A DNA stretch of 58,352 nucleotides from Octopus bimaculoides (GCF_001194135.2 NC_068983.1:24405068-24463419), one strand, 5' to 3'; positions 13,455 through 26,141 are shown, counted from the first letter of the stretch. A program made the numbers and translations. Notes: generated by a model from the letters alone, not told the origin.

Positions 13455-13737
13455 CTTTGTCGGTTACAATGATGAGGGTTCCAGTTGATCTGACCAACGG
13501 AACAGCCTGCTTGTGAAATTAATATGCTAGTGGCTGAGCACTCCACAGACAGGTATAGCTTTAGCATAGTTCTTGGGGAGATTCAGTTTGACACAGAATG
13601 TGACATGACCATCCCTTTGATTTACAGGTGCAACTCATTTTTTCCAGCTGAGTGGACTGGAGCAATGTCAAATAAAGTGTCTTGCTCAAGGACACAGTGT
13701 GCCATCGGGAATTGAACTCACGACCTTACTATCATGA
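13455..13737 (-). mobile_element. tRNA-derived SINE family E (partials ~1985, 7575, 7870, 14455, 19455)
   Basis: Head gtgagttcaattccc, central gtccttgagcaagacactttattt..ccagtccactcagctg, tail gtctgtggagtgctcagccac..gatcaactggaaccctc. Confidence 0.8.
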
Positions 13738-14013
13738 AAGGAAAGTGTAGGTGCAGTGTAAACAAAAGGTTAAGATGTTTACTACATCACAAATTCTTGG
13801 GTGTGGTATCTCGCACAAGTGTCATTTTCTATAGCATTGAGTTGATGCAGGCTTTCTGAGAGATATTGGATAGATGGAAACTGTGTGGAAGCTTGTAGGA
13901 GGGATTACACCAATAATTCAAAGACCCACCTTTATCAAACAGTGTCACACTGATTCTGCCTGAGAATTATGTTTATGTTACAAATGTCTGTTTGGTCTGA
14001 CCAGTATTACTCT

Positions 14014-14440
14014 ACAGATGTGAAAACTGGAAAGGGACAAGAACAGAAGAAAAAAAAAACAATTGACAGCTTCCCATTTGCATGCTCAAGGAGAACACTT
14101 GACATCAAGTGGCTGCAAAGAGACTGAAATGACACAATTGAGATTACAACGAGCACCAACAGGACCAGTGATGAAATAAGATGCAGACATTGGAATACCG
14201 GATCAAACATGTCCTCAGTCAAAATCAAAAAAGTGATTGTATGGTGGCTTTAAATTGACAGCCTGGTGGAGGAAAAGAACAGCAGGGAACCCTAAAACCA
14301 CACAGTGAAGGACCATTAACAAGAAAAGGAGACAAGAAGAGTGGAGAAGCTGGAATGAGACAGGAGCAGTGGCAGAAAAACAGCTGGTTGGAGAGATTGT
14401 GTTGCAACCTTATGTTCCTCATGTCATGGAGAGAAATAAC
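14014..14440 (+). mobile_element. RTE-clade LINE 3' fragment
   Basis: Frameshifted CENWKGT..RRTLDIKW..EIRCRHW..ALN*QPGG..KRTAGNPKTTQ*RTINK..WRSWNE..AGWRDCVATLCSSCHGEK*. Confidence 0.75.
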
Positions 14441-14832
14441 TACCTAACTTACTACACATGTCTGTGAAATACTCAGCCATTTGCATGTAAATTCAATGAG
14501 CAGTGACTTACTTAATCAAACTGCTGAAAACTTATGGTTAGAAATCCTAACTGAGATCCATTTTGTATATATTTGATTCGTAGAAATCCAGAATATGGCT
14601 AGGATCCATCTAATCCATTTCTGAAAAGTTGAATTGCAAATTTAACTTCTGTGGAATTTGAATTCAGAATCTCAGAAGTTCAAAGAAAATTATGTATGTG
14701 TGTAGACATGTCTGTGTATGTATATATGTATATGCATATGTAAATGTATGTTTATGTACTGATATGTGTGTCTATTCATGTTGTGTATGTAACTGTTACT
14801 CTGTCGATGGTTGTATATATATACATATATAT

Positions 14833-15025
14833 ATCATCATCATCATCATCGTTTAACGTCCGCTTTCCATGCTAGCATGGGTTGGATGATTTGACTGAGG
14901 ACTGGTGAAGCCAGATGGCAACACCAGGCTCCAATCTGATTTGGCAGAGTTTCTACAGCTGGATGCCCTTCCTAACACCAACCACTCAGAGAGTGTAGTG
15001 GGTGCTTTTACGTGCCACCGGCACG
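14833..15025 (-). mobile_element. Family B copy (little diverged)
   Basis: Reverse complement nearly identical to 53105-53255 and 20680-20847. Confidence 0.85.
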
Positions 15026-15548
15026 TTCTGAGCGCATGATCTCAGATCATGTCACTTTCTATGCAGGTACATCTCCGTAAATAGAAAGATTATCTCTATG
15101 AAACTTTATATTGTTTTAATTGAAATGACAATAAAATTTCGTATTGACACTGACCAGCCCTCACATACATATAGTTTGTTTAATAATGTATCTAACACAG
15201 AAATGTATACACACCGTGAGATATATACACACTCATACACTCACTGACATATGTTCATAGACGGATACACAGTTACATACAAAATGTGATGTTGTCATCG
15301 TGATTAGAATTAAAAGTAAAAGTATAAAAGTGAAAATATATCATATTACAATATAGATGTTATTCTTTCACTTTTATACTTTGAGTATTGACACATAATA
15401 TGGAACCAGTGCCAATGTTGCATTGTTTTAATCCAGAAAAATTTACATGCTGTCACTCATGAAGTTTGATAGCATAACCATGTAAAATTTGACTTGATTT
15501 GGTTGAGCCATTTGAGAATGCATTGGGAACAGACAGAGAGACAAAGGA

Positions 15549-15604
<56 letters not shown>

Positions 15605-15606
<2 letters not shown>

Positions 15607-16003
15607 TCTTTTACTCTTTTACTTGTTTCAGTCATTTGACTGCAGCCATGCTGGAGCACTGCCTTTAGTCGAGCTAATCGACCCCAGAACTTATTCTTTG
15701 GAAGCCTACTACTTATTCTATCAGTCTCTTTTTACCGAACCACTAAGTAACGGGGATGTAAACACACCAGCATCGGTTGTCAAGCGATGGTGGGGGGACA
15801 AACACAGACACACAAACACACATGCATATATATATGTATATACATATATACGACGGGCTTCTTTCAGTTTCCGTCTACCAAATCTACTCACAAGGCTTTG
15901 TTCGGCCCAAGGCTATAGTAAAAGACACTTGCCCAAGGTGCCACGCTGTGGGACTGAACCCGGAACCATGTAGTTGATAAGCAAGCTACTTACCAGCCAC
16001 TCC
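15605..16003 (-). mobile_element. SINE family D, near full length
   Basis: Head to tail ..gactgaaacaagtaaaagagtaaaagag present. Confidence 0.88.
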
Positions 16004-18576
16004 ATCGGTATAGATAATTAAATTATATATTATGTACTTTGTTGTTTTGTTATGTGATCCTCCAGTCCATGAGAAAACTGATTTGCATATCACCTGCTTG
16101 TGGTGCAAAAAAAGACTGGATCCACTGTTCTAAGGAACCATAAATCTGAAGCATTGGTAAATTTTGGCAGATGTGTGTTGATATTTTATGTCACATAACC
16201 ATATATAAAGAGGGGTTGGTTCTATGTCTGACCCTAGGACTCTTTTCCCCCTTCATGTAGATAATCATTTACTTGACAATGTGCTTGATTTTACCATAAG
16301 CAGCATTTGAGTATAGGGATTCTAAACCAAAGACTATCTGAGTCTAAACAACAATTGTCTTATATAAAATTTACAAGATGCATTATCATGCATTAGTTTT
16401 AATTTGACTCTATAGAATACGAAACTTGATGTCACTTTCCAATTCAATTAGATTGGTGTGTCACAAAAGAGTTATATTTTGTCTTTTTCTGTTAGCTATT
16501 ATATAAAGCATGTTGGCTTTGTATTTTATTTTCCCTCTTTTTCGTTTGCAACTACAGCGGATCTTAACTGATGACACATTAGTTCATCAATTAAATATGT
16601 ACTCTCTTAAGGTGTTAAATGGTTTGTAGGTGATAGAATGTTAATTTCTATGACTCAGAGTGATCTAATTTCTATACTTTTTAATAGCATACGCCAATGA
16701 AATTTCGTTCTGTTACATTGATGTATGTAACTTTGCTCTTGTGTTTCAAAGAAGAAAAGTTTAGGAACATTGCCAGCTTATGATGGTTTTGTTTTTATAA
16801 AAGTAGCTATTCAAACAGAATTGAATAGATAGTTTCAAACATTACAGCCATAAAATGAAAGGTCTGAGACTATATTGCCAGAATATAGGTGTCTTTCGTG
16901 TCATAGTCCAAGACACAAAGAGAAAGGTGATGCTATTTATTGAAATGCTATAATGAAAATGCAAGTAGAACATGGTAAAGAAAGATCAGTTCCAAAGTTA
17001 ATAATAAAGAAATTTATTTGATACATTTGGCAATCTCTTTTATGGAACATTTTTTTTTCTCTTCTTATCTTGGTCATGTGCATGGTATTGTGTTGAAGAT
17101 TTTAAAACATGAAAGCTATTTAGGGTAATGATATTTTTACAGATATAGAAAATTTATTGAGCTGGGTTTTCTCAATGTCTTTATAACTGAATTGTTTTCA
17201 AGATCTTCAAGAATGAGTGTGAATACATTGACTTTACTGCTCTTCCATTAAAAAAAATATATAGTTTTGAAAAGCTGTTTCAATTGTTATTGACTGATCT
17301 ACAAAATGCTTTAATCTTTATCTGTTATTGTGTGAAAAACGACTGAAGTTTAGGAAATTATTACAATGCTTCTACATTAATATTTTCCTTTATCTTATTT
17401 TATACATATCTGAAATAATTATCTTTTGATAGAATTTATTGGAGTATATTTTTTGTCAACTGATAGTAAATTCTACTTTGTGATAGTTATTGGAAGGAAA
17501 CTTTATTCAGTATCGTATCTTCATTAGTAAAAATTGAAGAAATGGAATCTTGGTAATTCATTCCAAATTGAAGTGTATGTTAATTCATTCCATAAAAAAA
17601 AAAGTTTATCTCTGATCATGTATTCTATCACATTTTCAATCAGTGAATTCATGTCTTTCCTGTTACTAGAAGCTTTGCTTTTATCTATGGAACCATAGAT
17701 ACCTATTTATTCTGTGTATTGCTGTCTCCCCAAAATATTTTCTTTTGAATAGAAAATATCTGCAATTGGAATGTATATATAATGATAAATTGGTGAAAGA
17801 AATTCCTACGATAGCAACAATTTTTGATGTCACTCTAAAATGAGTTCAGATTCTTAACTGAATTCAAACGATTTCTATATTCTAGTTTATTTTTGTAGTT
17901 CTTTTTGCTGAAGAAAGAGAATTAATTTTGCAAAGTATCGCTTGCTGTGTCAGCATTGGAAAATGAAAAGTAAAGTGAGAACAAGCAGCAATATTAGTGC
18001 ATAACCTCAAGTTATTGTAATTCATGTTTTTAATTTGATAAACAAAAATTCTTCCTTTTGGATGCACATTAAACAAGAGAGTTGTGACATACATATATAT
18101 TACTTTCCTTGCATGCAGTTAGCGAAAATATATATCATTTGCTGTCAAGTTCTGGCCGTCGGAACCTCTCTCTTCTTAAACACTATGTCTTTCAGTGTCT
18201 AGCTTTGTGTATGCGTGCTGCATCATTTCATTAACGTTCTTGTCCATTTTGTCCATGTAAATGCTCAATCTGCTGCTCAATGTAGCAGACAAATATCTCC
18301 CAAACAAATTCTCCACCATCTTTAAAAAGTAGGTTGCCAACATTGTAAGTTCTAAATCGCAGGATAGCAGATAGTAATGCTAGTTTGAATGCTTTGCTTG
18401 ATTAACTCCATCCTAGCCAGAGCTAACTGGGGTTAGTTACTCAGCAACAATAGCAAGCAGCGGCAACAATTGCAACAACACTTGTTTAGTTCTTGCTTTG
18501 AATATTTATTCCCTTCTTTGGTTTAAGTTCATAAATATGTTTGAATGTCTGCATATGTGGTGTGTAAATATATATA

Positions 18577-18611
<35 letters not shown>

Positions 18612-18613
18612 GT

Positions 18614-18647
<34 letters not shown>

Positions 18648-18997
18648 GCATGCATGCTTGTGTGTGTGTGTGTGTGTGTGTATTATTTTTAACAGTGGAA
18701 CATGAAGTAGATAGATCTATAAATTATAGCATTTAAGTATTGGGTTAAAAACCCCTTGTAGAGAAAAAGCTGAAGGCTGCTCGTATGTCATAAACAATAT
18801 ATGTATATACACACACGTATATATATATATATATATATACATATATATATCTGTAAATATAATATGTGACAATTATTCGGTAGCCATGATAAAACTCTGG
18901 CTACTGAATAATTGTCATATATTGTATTTACAGATAAATCCCTCTATTTACATAATATCGAGGTCTCTTTCATTCTTTTGTTGTCTTACCATTCCTA

Positions 18998-19066
<69 letters not shown>

Positions 19067-19809
19067 CCAGTTTCAGTCACAGGACTGTTCCCAGGCTGGA
19101 GCACCACCATTGAAGCATTAGATGATCATATTGACTCCAGTACTTATTTAAGTCTGGAACTTTATATATTGATAACTATTTGTTGAACTACTAATGTATG
19201 AGACAAATAAATGCAGCATAAACATAAATACAAAAACACACCCATACATACATACATGCATGCATAGTATGGCCAAAAGGTTAAGAAGTTTGCTTTGCAA
19301 TCATGTGGTCTTTGCTTTAATTTTGCTACATGGCATCTTGGGTGAGTGTCATTGGGGAGATGGAAACTGTATGGAAGTCCATCAAATGGATTGTACTTGT
19401 AATTTAAAGTTTTGTCACACAATGAGTCACTTATTCTGCTTAAGATTTTCATTAAGGGTTCACATGTCTGTGGAATACTCAGCCAGCTGCACATTAATTC
19501 AATGAGCCTGCTAATTCAGTTGACTGAACAACTGAGCACTTAACTAAGGTGCCAGGTCATGGGGGTTGAACCTGAAACTGTGTGCTTATAAAGCAATCTT
19601 CTTAACCACATAGTTCTGCTGCATCTTATAATTTATGTATCTGTGTTTGTGTGTATAGATATGTATTAATTTAGATATTTCTTTGTCTGTGTATGTGTGT
19701 GTCTGTGTGTGTGTGTATGTGTGTGTTTCTGTTTCTGTATAAATGTATCTGTCTATTTAGATGACGCAATGGGAAGGCTGGTACATTCACACCTTTCCAT
19801 TTCAATATA

Positions 19810-20290
19810 CATCTGCAGGTGCAATACTTAAACACATTGTTGCATACTGGGTGTTTTGGGTTATACACCAATCACCTCCCCCCCCCATTCAGTCGACCCA
19901 ACATAGATTGATCATGCCTAGACCGGTGACCAAGTAGCATTCTACTGCTCCCCTCCACTGATGGTCACTTCTTTTTGGTCAGAGACATCTATATGCTTAT
20001 ATTTCCTTAGCACCTTCTATATTGTTCCTGATGGCTCTTCTTATTTCTGTAATGCCCATACTTCTATTGGTCTTATTCAGGGTACAACTTGGAAATCCTT
20101 TATCATCAACCTCCACTGGTAAACACTGCAATCCCCATCCATTCTTTCTGAAGTCCTCCTCCAACTCCTGGCACTCAGCTCTCTTCCTCTTTCCTACCCT
20201 CTCCTCCCAGGCGTTCATTAACTCCAACAGGATTATTGGCCCTGTTGTGTGGAAATTGTAACAGAAGTCCTGGATTTTGTTTGATTGCAG
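19810..20290 (-). mobile_element. HERO-like (restriction-like endonuclease) non-LTR retrotransposon 3' fragment
   Basis: Translation IILLELMNAWEERVGKRKRAECQELEEDFRKNGWGLQCLPVEVDDKGF matches the ELTVPWEE..RK.AKY.EL...GW..C.PVEVG.RGF pattern. Downstream gctacttggtc..tgatc..gggtcgactg..acccaaaacaccca resembles HERO 3' UTRs as recalled. Confidence 0.75.
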
Positions 20291-20349
20291 TTTACCAGTT
20301 ATTCTGTAATACTCACCAGTTATTGACGATAAGCCAATGTCAGAGCCTC

Positions 20350-20847
20350 TATGTAGCCATTTGATCAGCTAGAAATAGTAATCAAATTTCCCATGCAGGT
20401 GACACTTAAAATACACCTTTTCGAGCGTGGCCATTGCCAGTAAGACATTTGAGCGAGATCGTTGCCAGTGCCGATGGACTGGCTTCTGTGCAGGTGGCAC
20501 ATAAAATACACCATTTCGAGCGTGGCCGTTGCCAGTAAGACATTCGAGCGAGATCGCTGCCAGTGTCGATGGACTGGCTCCTGTGCAGGTGGCACGTAAA
20601 ATACACCATTTCGAGCGTGGCCGTCGCCAGTACCGCCTGACTGGCCCTCGTGCCAGTGGCACATAAAAGCATCCACTACACTCTTGGAGTGGTTGGCATT
20701 AGGAAGGACATCCAGCTGTAGAAACTCTGCCAAATCAGATTGGAGCATGGTGTCGCTTCCTGGTCCACCAGTCCTCAGTCAAATCGTCCAACCCATGCTA
20801 GCACGGAAAGTGGACGTTAAACGACGATGACGATGATGATGATGATG
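20350..20847 (+). mobile_element. Family B copy with internal 95-bp tandem array
   Basis: taaaatacacc recurs at 20407, 20502, 20597; 3' end acccatgctagcacggaaagtggacgttaaac(gat)n. Confidence 0.85.
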
Positions 20848-20869
20848 AACATACTGTAGCCTCGTAAAT

Positions 20870-21005
20870 GAAAATGAAGAATACATTGGATAATGTGGTC
20901 CTGGATTTCCTGCATTTAGGAGAAAGACAGGATGGCCATTGCTGAAATGCTTTTATTCCTAGATCTGCTCAATCAGGATCGACCCAGGGCTAAGCAACAA
21001 TGGCG
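20870..21005 (+). repeat. Unclassified short repeat ending gggctaa(caa)n (also ~12590, 18290 +; ~25770, 31125, 36230 -)
   Basis: Shared ggatggcca..gctgraatgcttt..atctgctcratcagg..gaccyagggctaa. Confidence 0.5.
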
Positions 21006-21424
21006 TTAAAATTGAGAAACAAAGAAGCATTGAATGTTTCAGGTTTATATGGAGAGGCCCTATTAATTTCCAGTAAACATGACTGTTGGCTTAATCACAC
21101 GCATAGGGAAGATTTCAGGTGATAAAATTCATTTTTCAAGATGCTATCACAAATATATCTGTTGCTGTGTGCAAAACTGTCTGCTATGGATTACTTTACA
21201 AGCTTTTTTACATTCATTGTGTGTGTGTGTGTGTGTATTGCCTCGTACTGCCTGAGAGATGTAAAAATATTTCCAAGCAGCTACAAATAATTTGAGTCAT
21301 TGCAGAATCCTCATCACTTCTACCACCACCACCACCACCACCACCACCATCATCATCATCATCCTCATCTGCAGCAGCAGCGGCAGCATCACTATCGCTA
21401 TCATTACCATCATTATCATTGCCA

Positions 21425-22328
21425 NNNNNNNNNNNNNNNNNNNNNNNNNNNNNNNNNNNNNNNNNNNNNNNNNNNNNNNNNNNNNNNNNNNNNNNNNNNN
21501 NNNNNNNNNNNNNNNNNNNNNNNNNNNNNNNNNNNNNNNNNNNNNNNNNNNNNNNNNNNNNNNNNNNNNNNNNNNNNNNNNNNNNNNNNNNNNNNNNNNN
21601 NNNNNNNNNNNNNNNNNNNNNNNNNNNNNNNNNNNNNNNNNNNNNNNNNNNNNNNNNNNNNNNNNNNNNNNNNNNNNNNNNNNNNNNNNNNNNNNNNNNN
21701 NNNNNNNNNNNNNNNNNNNNNNNNNNNNNNNNNNNNNNNNNNNNNNNNNNNNNNNNNNNNNNNNNNNNNNNNNNNNNNNNNNNNNNNNNNNNNNNNNNNN
21801 NNNNNNNNNNNNNNNNNNNNNNNNNNNNNNNNNNNNNNNNNNNNNNNNNNNNNNNNNNNNNNNNNNNNNNNNNNNNNNNNNNNNNNNNNNNNNNNNNNNN
21901 NNNNNNNNNNNNNNNNNNNNNNNNNNNNNNNNNNNNNNNNNNNNNNNNNNNNNNNNNNNNNNNNNNNNNNNNNNNNNNNNNNNNNNNNNNNNNNNNNNNN
22001 NNNNNNNNNNNNNNNNNNNNNNNNNNNNNNNNNNNNNNNNNNNNNNNNNNNNNNNNNNNNNNNNNNNNNNNNNNNNNNNNNNNNNNNNNNNNNNNNNNNN
22101 NNNNNNNNNNNNNNNNNNNNNNNNNNNNNNNNNNNNNNNNNNNNNNNNNNNNNNNNNNNNNNNNNNNNNNNNNNNNNNNNNNNNNNNNNNNNNNNNNNNN
22201 NNNNNNNNNNNNNNNNNNNNNNNNNNNNNNNNNNNNNNNNNNNNNNNNNNNNNNNNNNNNNNNNNNNNNNNNNNNNNNNNNNNNNNNNNNNNNNNNNNNN
22301 NNNNNNNNNNNNNNNNNNNNNNNNNNNN
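21425..22328. other. Assembly gap (others at ~3210, 5134, 5945, 7742, 23306, 24175, 46039, 48478, 54948)
   Basis: N runs; may hide missing exons and repeat halves. Confidence 0.99.
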
Positions 22329-22343
22329 TCCTATCGATGTTAC

Positions 22344-22371
<28 letters not shown>

Positions 22372-22374
<3 letters not shown>

Positions 22375-22631
22375 GTGGTTAAGAGCGCGGGCTACTAACC
22401 CCAAGGTTCCGAGTTCGATTCACGGTAGCGACCTGATTAATAATAGTAATAATAATAATAATATAATAATAATAATAATGATAATAATAGTAACATCGAT
22501 AGGAATGAGAACCCAGGTTCGAAATTTTCCCAAGACACCTGACGAAGGCTGGAGGGTATATCAGCCGAAACGTTGTGTTAACAACAAACAAGATGAGGAC
22601 GAATATCCGTCGAATGTAAATAATGTAAATA
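22372..22631 (+). mobile_element. tRNA-headed SINE-like element: head, (AAT)n linker, hammerhead-containing body, short repeat tail
   Basis: A-box-like TAGTGGTTAAGAGC (~22373-86), anticodon-like loop CT-ACT-AA, T-arm CCGAG-TTCGATT-CACGG (22409-25, B box), AAT tract 22438-22490, hammerhead 22534-79, tail TGTAAATAA x2. Confidence 0.7.
22534..22579 (+). ncRNA. Minimal type I hammerhead ribozyme motif (Penelope/retrozyme-type)
   Basis: Stem I GACAC(22534-38)/GTGTT(22575-79); core CTGACGA (22539-45) plus one extra A; stem II GGCTG(22547-51)/CAGCC(22562-66); GAAA (22567-70); palindromic stem III ACGT (22570-73); predicted cleavage after GUU at 22574. Confidence 0.75.
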
Positions 22632-22805
22632 AAGTATTTTGTCTGTCTTTAAGTTCTGAGTTCAAATTCTGCCATGGTCGACCTTGCCTTTCATTCTTTC
22701 GGGATCGATAAATTAAGTACCAGTTGCATACTGGGATCGATCTAATCGACTGGCTCCCTCCCCAAAAGTTTCGGGCCTTCTGCCTTGAGTGGAAAAGAAT
22801 ATTTC
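22632..22805 (+). mobile_element. SINE family C body (headless) immediately after the hammerhead element
   Basis: gttctgagttcaaattctgcc..ccttgcctttcattctttcgggatcgataaattaagtaccag..gggccttctgcc. Confidence 0.8.
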
Positions 22806-23089
22806 TAACTTGGTCTTCCGTTTTTCTGGGTTTCATAATACAAAATACCAGCTGAGTATTAGGGTGTATCTAATAAGCCTACTGCCACTACCACCACTAC
22901 CAGCACCACTCAAGCTATTTAGAAATCAATAATGGTCTGTAGCTTAAGCACCAGGCCAAAATCTATAGAAAAAAAACGTATGTTTGACTTGGGTATGCAA
23001 TGTTTTAGCACAGCCATTTTGGCGCTGCTTGATTGGTGTCAGTAGTTTGACACTGAATTATTTGAAATCACATGTTTTCATTGTTCATT

Positions 23090-23376
23090 CTTTCTTTCTC
23101 TCTCTCTTTCTATCTCTTTTTGTTTTTTTCTTTCTCACTCTCTCTCTCTCTCTTTCTCTTTCTGTCTCTCTCTTTCTCTTTCTGTCTCTCTCTTTCTCTT
23201 TCTGTCTCTCTCTTTCTCTTTCTGTCTCTCTCTTTCTCTTTCTGTCTCTCTCTCTCTCTCTATCTCACTCTTTCTGGCTCTTTCTTTCTCTCTCTATCTG
23301 TCTCTNNNNNNNNNNNNNNNNNNNNNNNTCTCTCTCTCTCTGTTTCTTTTGCTCTCTCTCTCTCTCTGTTTCTTTT

Positions 23377-23420
<44 letters not shown>
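23090..23420. repeat. CT-rich tract with five 20-bp units tctttctctttctgtctctc (23151-23250)
   Basis: Direct inspection. Confidence 0.9.
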
Positions 23421-23421
<1 letters not shown>

Positions 23422-23928
23422 ATATTTATGAATGCGAACATTTCTCTTTATAAATGTTTGAGGAGAACAAAAGTATTTATGTCATTTGTTTCCAATTAAT
23501 AAATTGTAATGTCTCCCCACCTCTCTCTCTGTCTCTCTGTATATTTCTGCATGCATGTGGGTGGGTGTTTGCTTTCAGTGCTAAAAAGTTCTGTTGCCAG
23601 AACAGGCTAAATCTCCAGTCAGTCATGCCAAATTGTCTGCATCCAAACAGCTGTACATGATTGTTTCATTCCAATTGGATTTAAATGAAAATCCAATTTG
23701 TTTTTCATCTGAGATTTAGCAACAATATTTGCTGTTATTTAAACTTTTGACCCAAAGAGGATGAAATGTAAAGTCAACTTCAGCAGGATTTGAACTCAGA
23801 ACTTAATAGGATCTGACTTATTACTGCAAATCACTATGTTTGTTATTCTGATGATTGTACTGGTAAGCTGGCAGAAACGTTAGCACGCCAGGCGAAATGC
23901 TTAGCTGTATTTCGCCTGTGTTTTCATT

Positions 23929-24090
23929 AGGCGTAGGAGAGGCTGTGCTGTAAGTAGCTTGCTTACCAACCACATGGCTCTGGGTTCAGTCCCACTGTGT
24001 GGCACTTTGGGCAAGTGTCTTCTACTATAGCCTCGGGCCAACCAAAGCCTTGTGAGTGGATTTGGTAGACGGAAACTGAAAGAAGCCCGT
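23929..24090 (+). mobile_element. SINE family D head, adjacent to a SINE C head (23864-23920)
   Basis: ggcgtaggagaggctgtgctgtaagtagc..gaaagaagcccgt. Confidence 0.82.
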
Positions 24091-24475
24091 GTTCTTTGCT
24101 ACATTGGTTTCTATTAACCCATTTATTCTATCAGAAGAATTTTTATTCATTAAGATAGAAGAAATACACATAATNNNNNNNNNNNNNNNNNNNNNNNNNN
24201 NNNNNNNNNNNNNNNNNNNNNNNNNNNNNNNNNNNNNNNNNNNNNNNNNNNNNNNNNNNNNNNNNNNNNNNNNNNNNNNNNNNNNNNNNNNNNNNNNNNN
24301 NNNNNNNNNNNNNNNNNNNNNNNNNNNNNNNNNNNNNNNNNNNNNNNNNNNNNNNNNNNNNNNNNNNNNNNNNNNNNNNNNNNNNNNNNNNNNNNNNNNN
24401 NNNNNNNNNNNNNNNNNNNNNNNNNNNNNNNNNNNNNNNNNNNNNNNNNNNNNNNNNNNNNNNNNNNNNNNNNNT

Positions 24476-24781
24476 GTTTATTGAGCGAAAACACCTAAAG
24501 CTCCACGAGGCTCCGGCAGGGGATGGTGGCGAACCCTGCTGTACTCTTCCACCACAACTTGCTCTCACTCTTACTTCCTGTTTCTGTTGTGCCTGTAATT
24601 CAAAGGGTCAGCCATGTCACACTGTGTCACGCTGAATATCCCCGAGAACTACGTTAAGGTTACACGTGTCTGTGGAGTGCTCAGCCACTTGCACGTTAAT
24701 TTCACTAGCAGGCTGTTCCATTGATCGGATCAACTGGAACCCTCGATGTCATAAGCGACGGAGTGCCAACAACAACAACAA
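24476..24781 (+). mobile_element. Family E tail with an alternative 5' segment, (AAC)n end
   Basis: gtctgtggagtgctcagccacttgcacgttaatttc..gatcaactggaaccctc..(aac)n; upstream part differs from 13455 and 27320. Confidence 0.75.
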
Positions 24782-25880
24782 ACTGTTGGCACAAGGATTG
24801 AAATTTTGGAGGAGTGGGGTAAGTCAATTACAACTACTGAGGTCAATGTAATCAACCCCAGTACTTGATTGGTACTTATTTTATCAATGCTGAAAGGACA
24901 AAAGGTCATCTTTACTTCAGAGTGAAAAGAACCAGAACAAATACTGCAAAGCGTTTTCGTCTATATTCTACCAATCTTGCCAATTCAAATGTTATTATTT
25001 AATAATAATATTAATAACAATAAGGATAATAATAATAATAAGAGTAATAATGATAATAATGGTAGTAATTATAATGATAATAAAATGTATATACTAATGA
25101 TAATGATAATAATAATACTAATAATAGTTTGTCATTGCTTTTTTCTAAGCGTTGGATTAGTCTGCTGTGATTATATGCAATATTGGGTACTATTTATTTC
25201 CCTAATTTGTATATACATCCATTTCTTTAAAGTACACAAGCAATAGATAAAAGAAAAAAAAAATTAGAAAAAAAAAATAAACAAAAATTGATAATGACTA
25301 GCTATTAAGACTTGTCTCAATGTTTCCACTAACAATTCTCTACTACATTCCCGCTATTTACTCATTTTCTTTTCTTCTCTTTTCTCCTGCTTCATTAATG
25401 TTGTTAATATTCTCATATGAGTCTCTTATTTTGCAATTTCTCTGAAATTCCAAGGCTCTATCTAGGCTTCTATTTTTATATGTGTGCGCTGTTTTCTTTT
25501 TTTATTTCCCCACCCCCCAAATTTTTCTTTGTTCCCTTCATCTCATTGATATGTGCACAACTTGAATCTCAATATACTATGAAGTGCTCATTCTATTCAA
25601 GGATTTACTGTGGTGATAATTTTATTACTACCACCACCAGTGTTTTATATTACATACAGCTGCTTTTCTAACTGACAAACATTTGATACTGAGAGGTAAT
25701 TTGATTTGTTTTCTAAAGGATCTGGCTTTGATCTACATCTGACACAAGTGTTTGTCAACCAGAGACAGTAATGCTGTTGCTGTTTGTTACTGTTTAACCC
25801 TAGGCCAATCCTGACCAAGCAGACCTTTGATCAATGACATTTCAACTGTAACCACTAAGATTTTTTTCTTCCAGGATATA

Positions 25881-26107
25881 TTCTTTTATTCTTTTAGTCA
25901 CTTGACTGTGGCCATGCTGGAGCACTGCCTTATAGAAATTTTTAGTTGAAGTAATCGAACCCAAGACTTGTTCCTTGTAACCCTAGTACTTATTCTATTG
26001 GTCTCTTTTGCCAAACTGCTAGGTTACGGGGGACGTAAACACACCAACATTGGATATCAAGCGATGGTAGTAGGGACAATCACAGACTCAAAGACACACA
26101 CACATAA

Positions 26108-26141
<34 letters not shown>

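Noticed and set aside
20395-20680. CRISPR-like appearance of the 95-bp and 26-bp arrays
   Set aside because: Whole units repeat with no unique spacers, eukaryotic context, no cas genes.
22372-22433. tRNA-Ser(ACT)-like gene
   Set aside because: No acceptor stem, broken anticodon and T stems; it is a SINE head.
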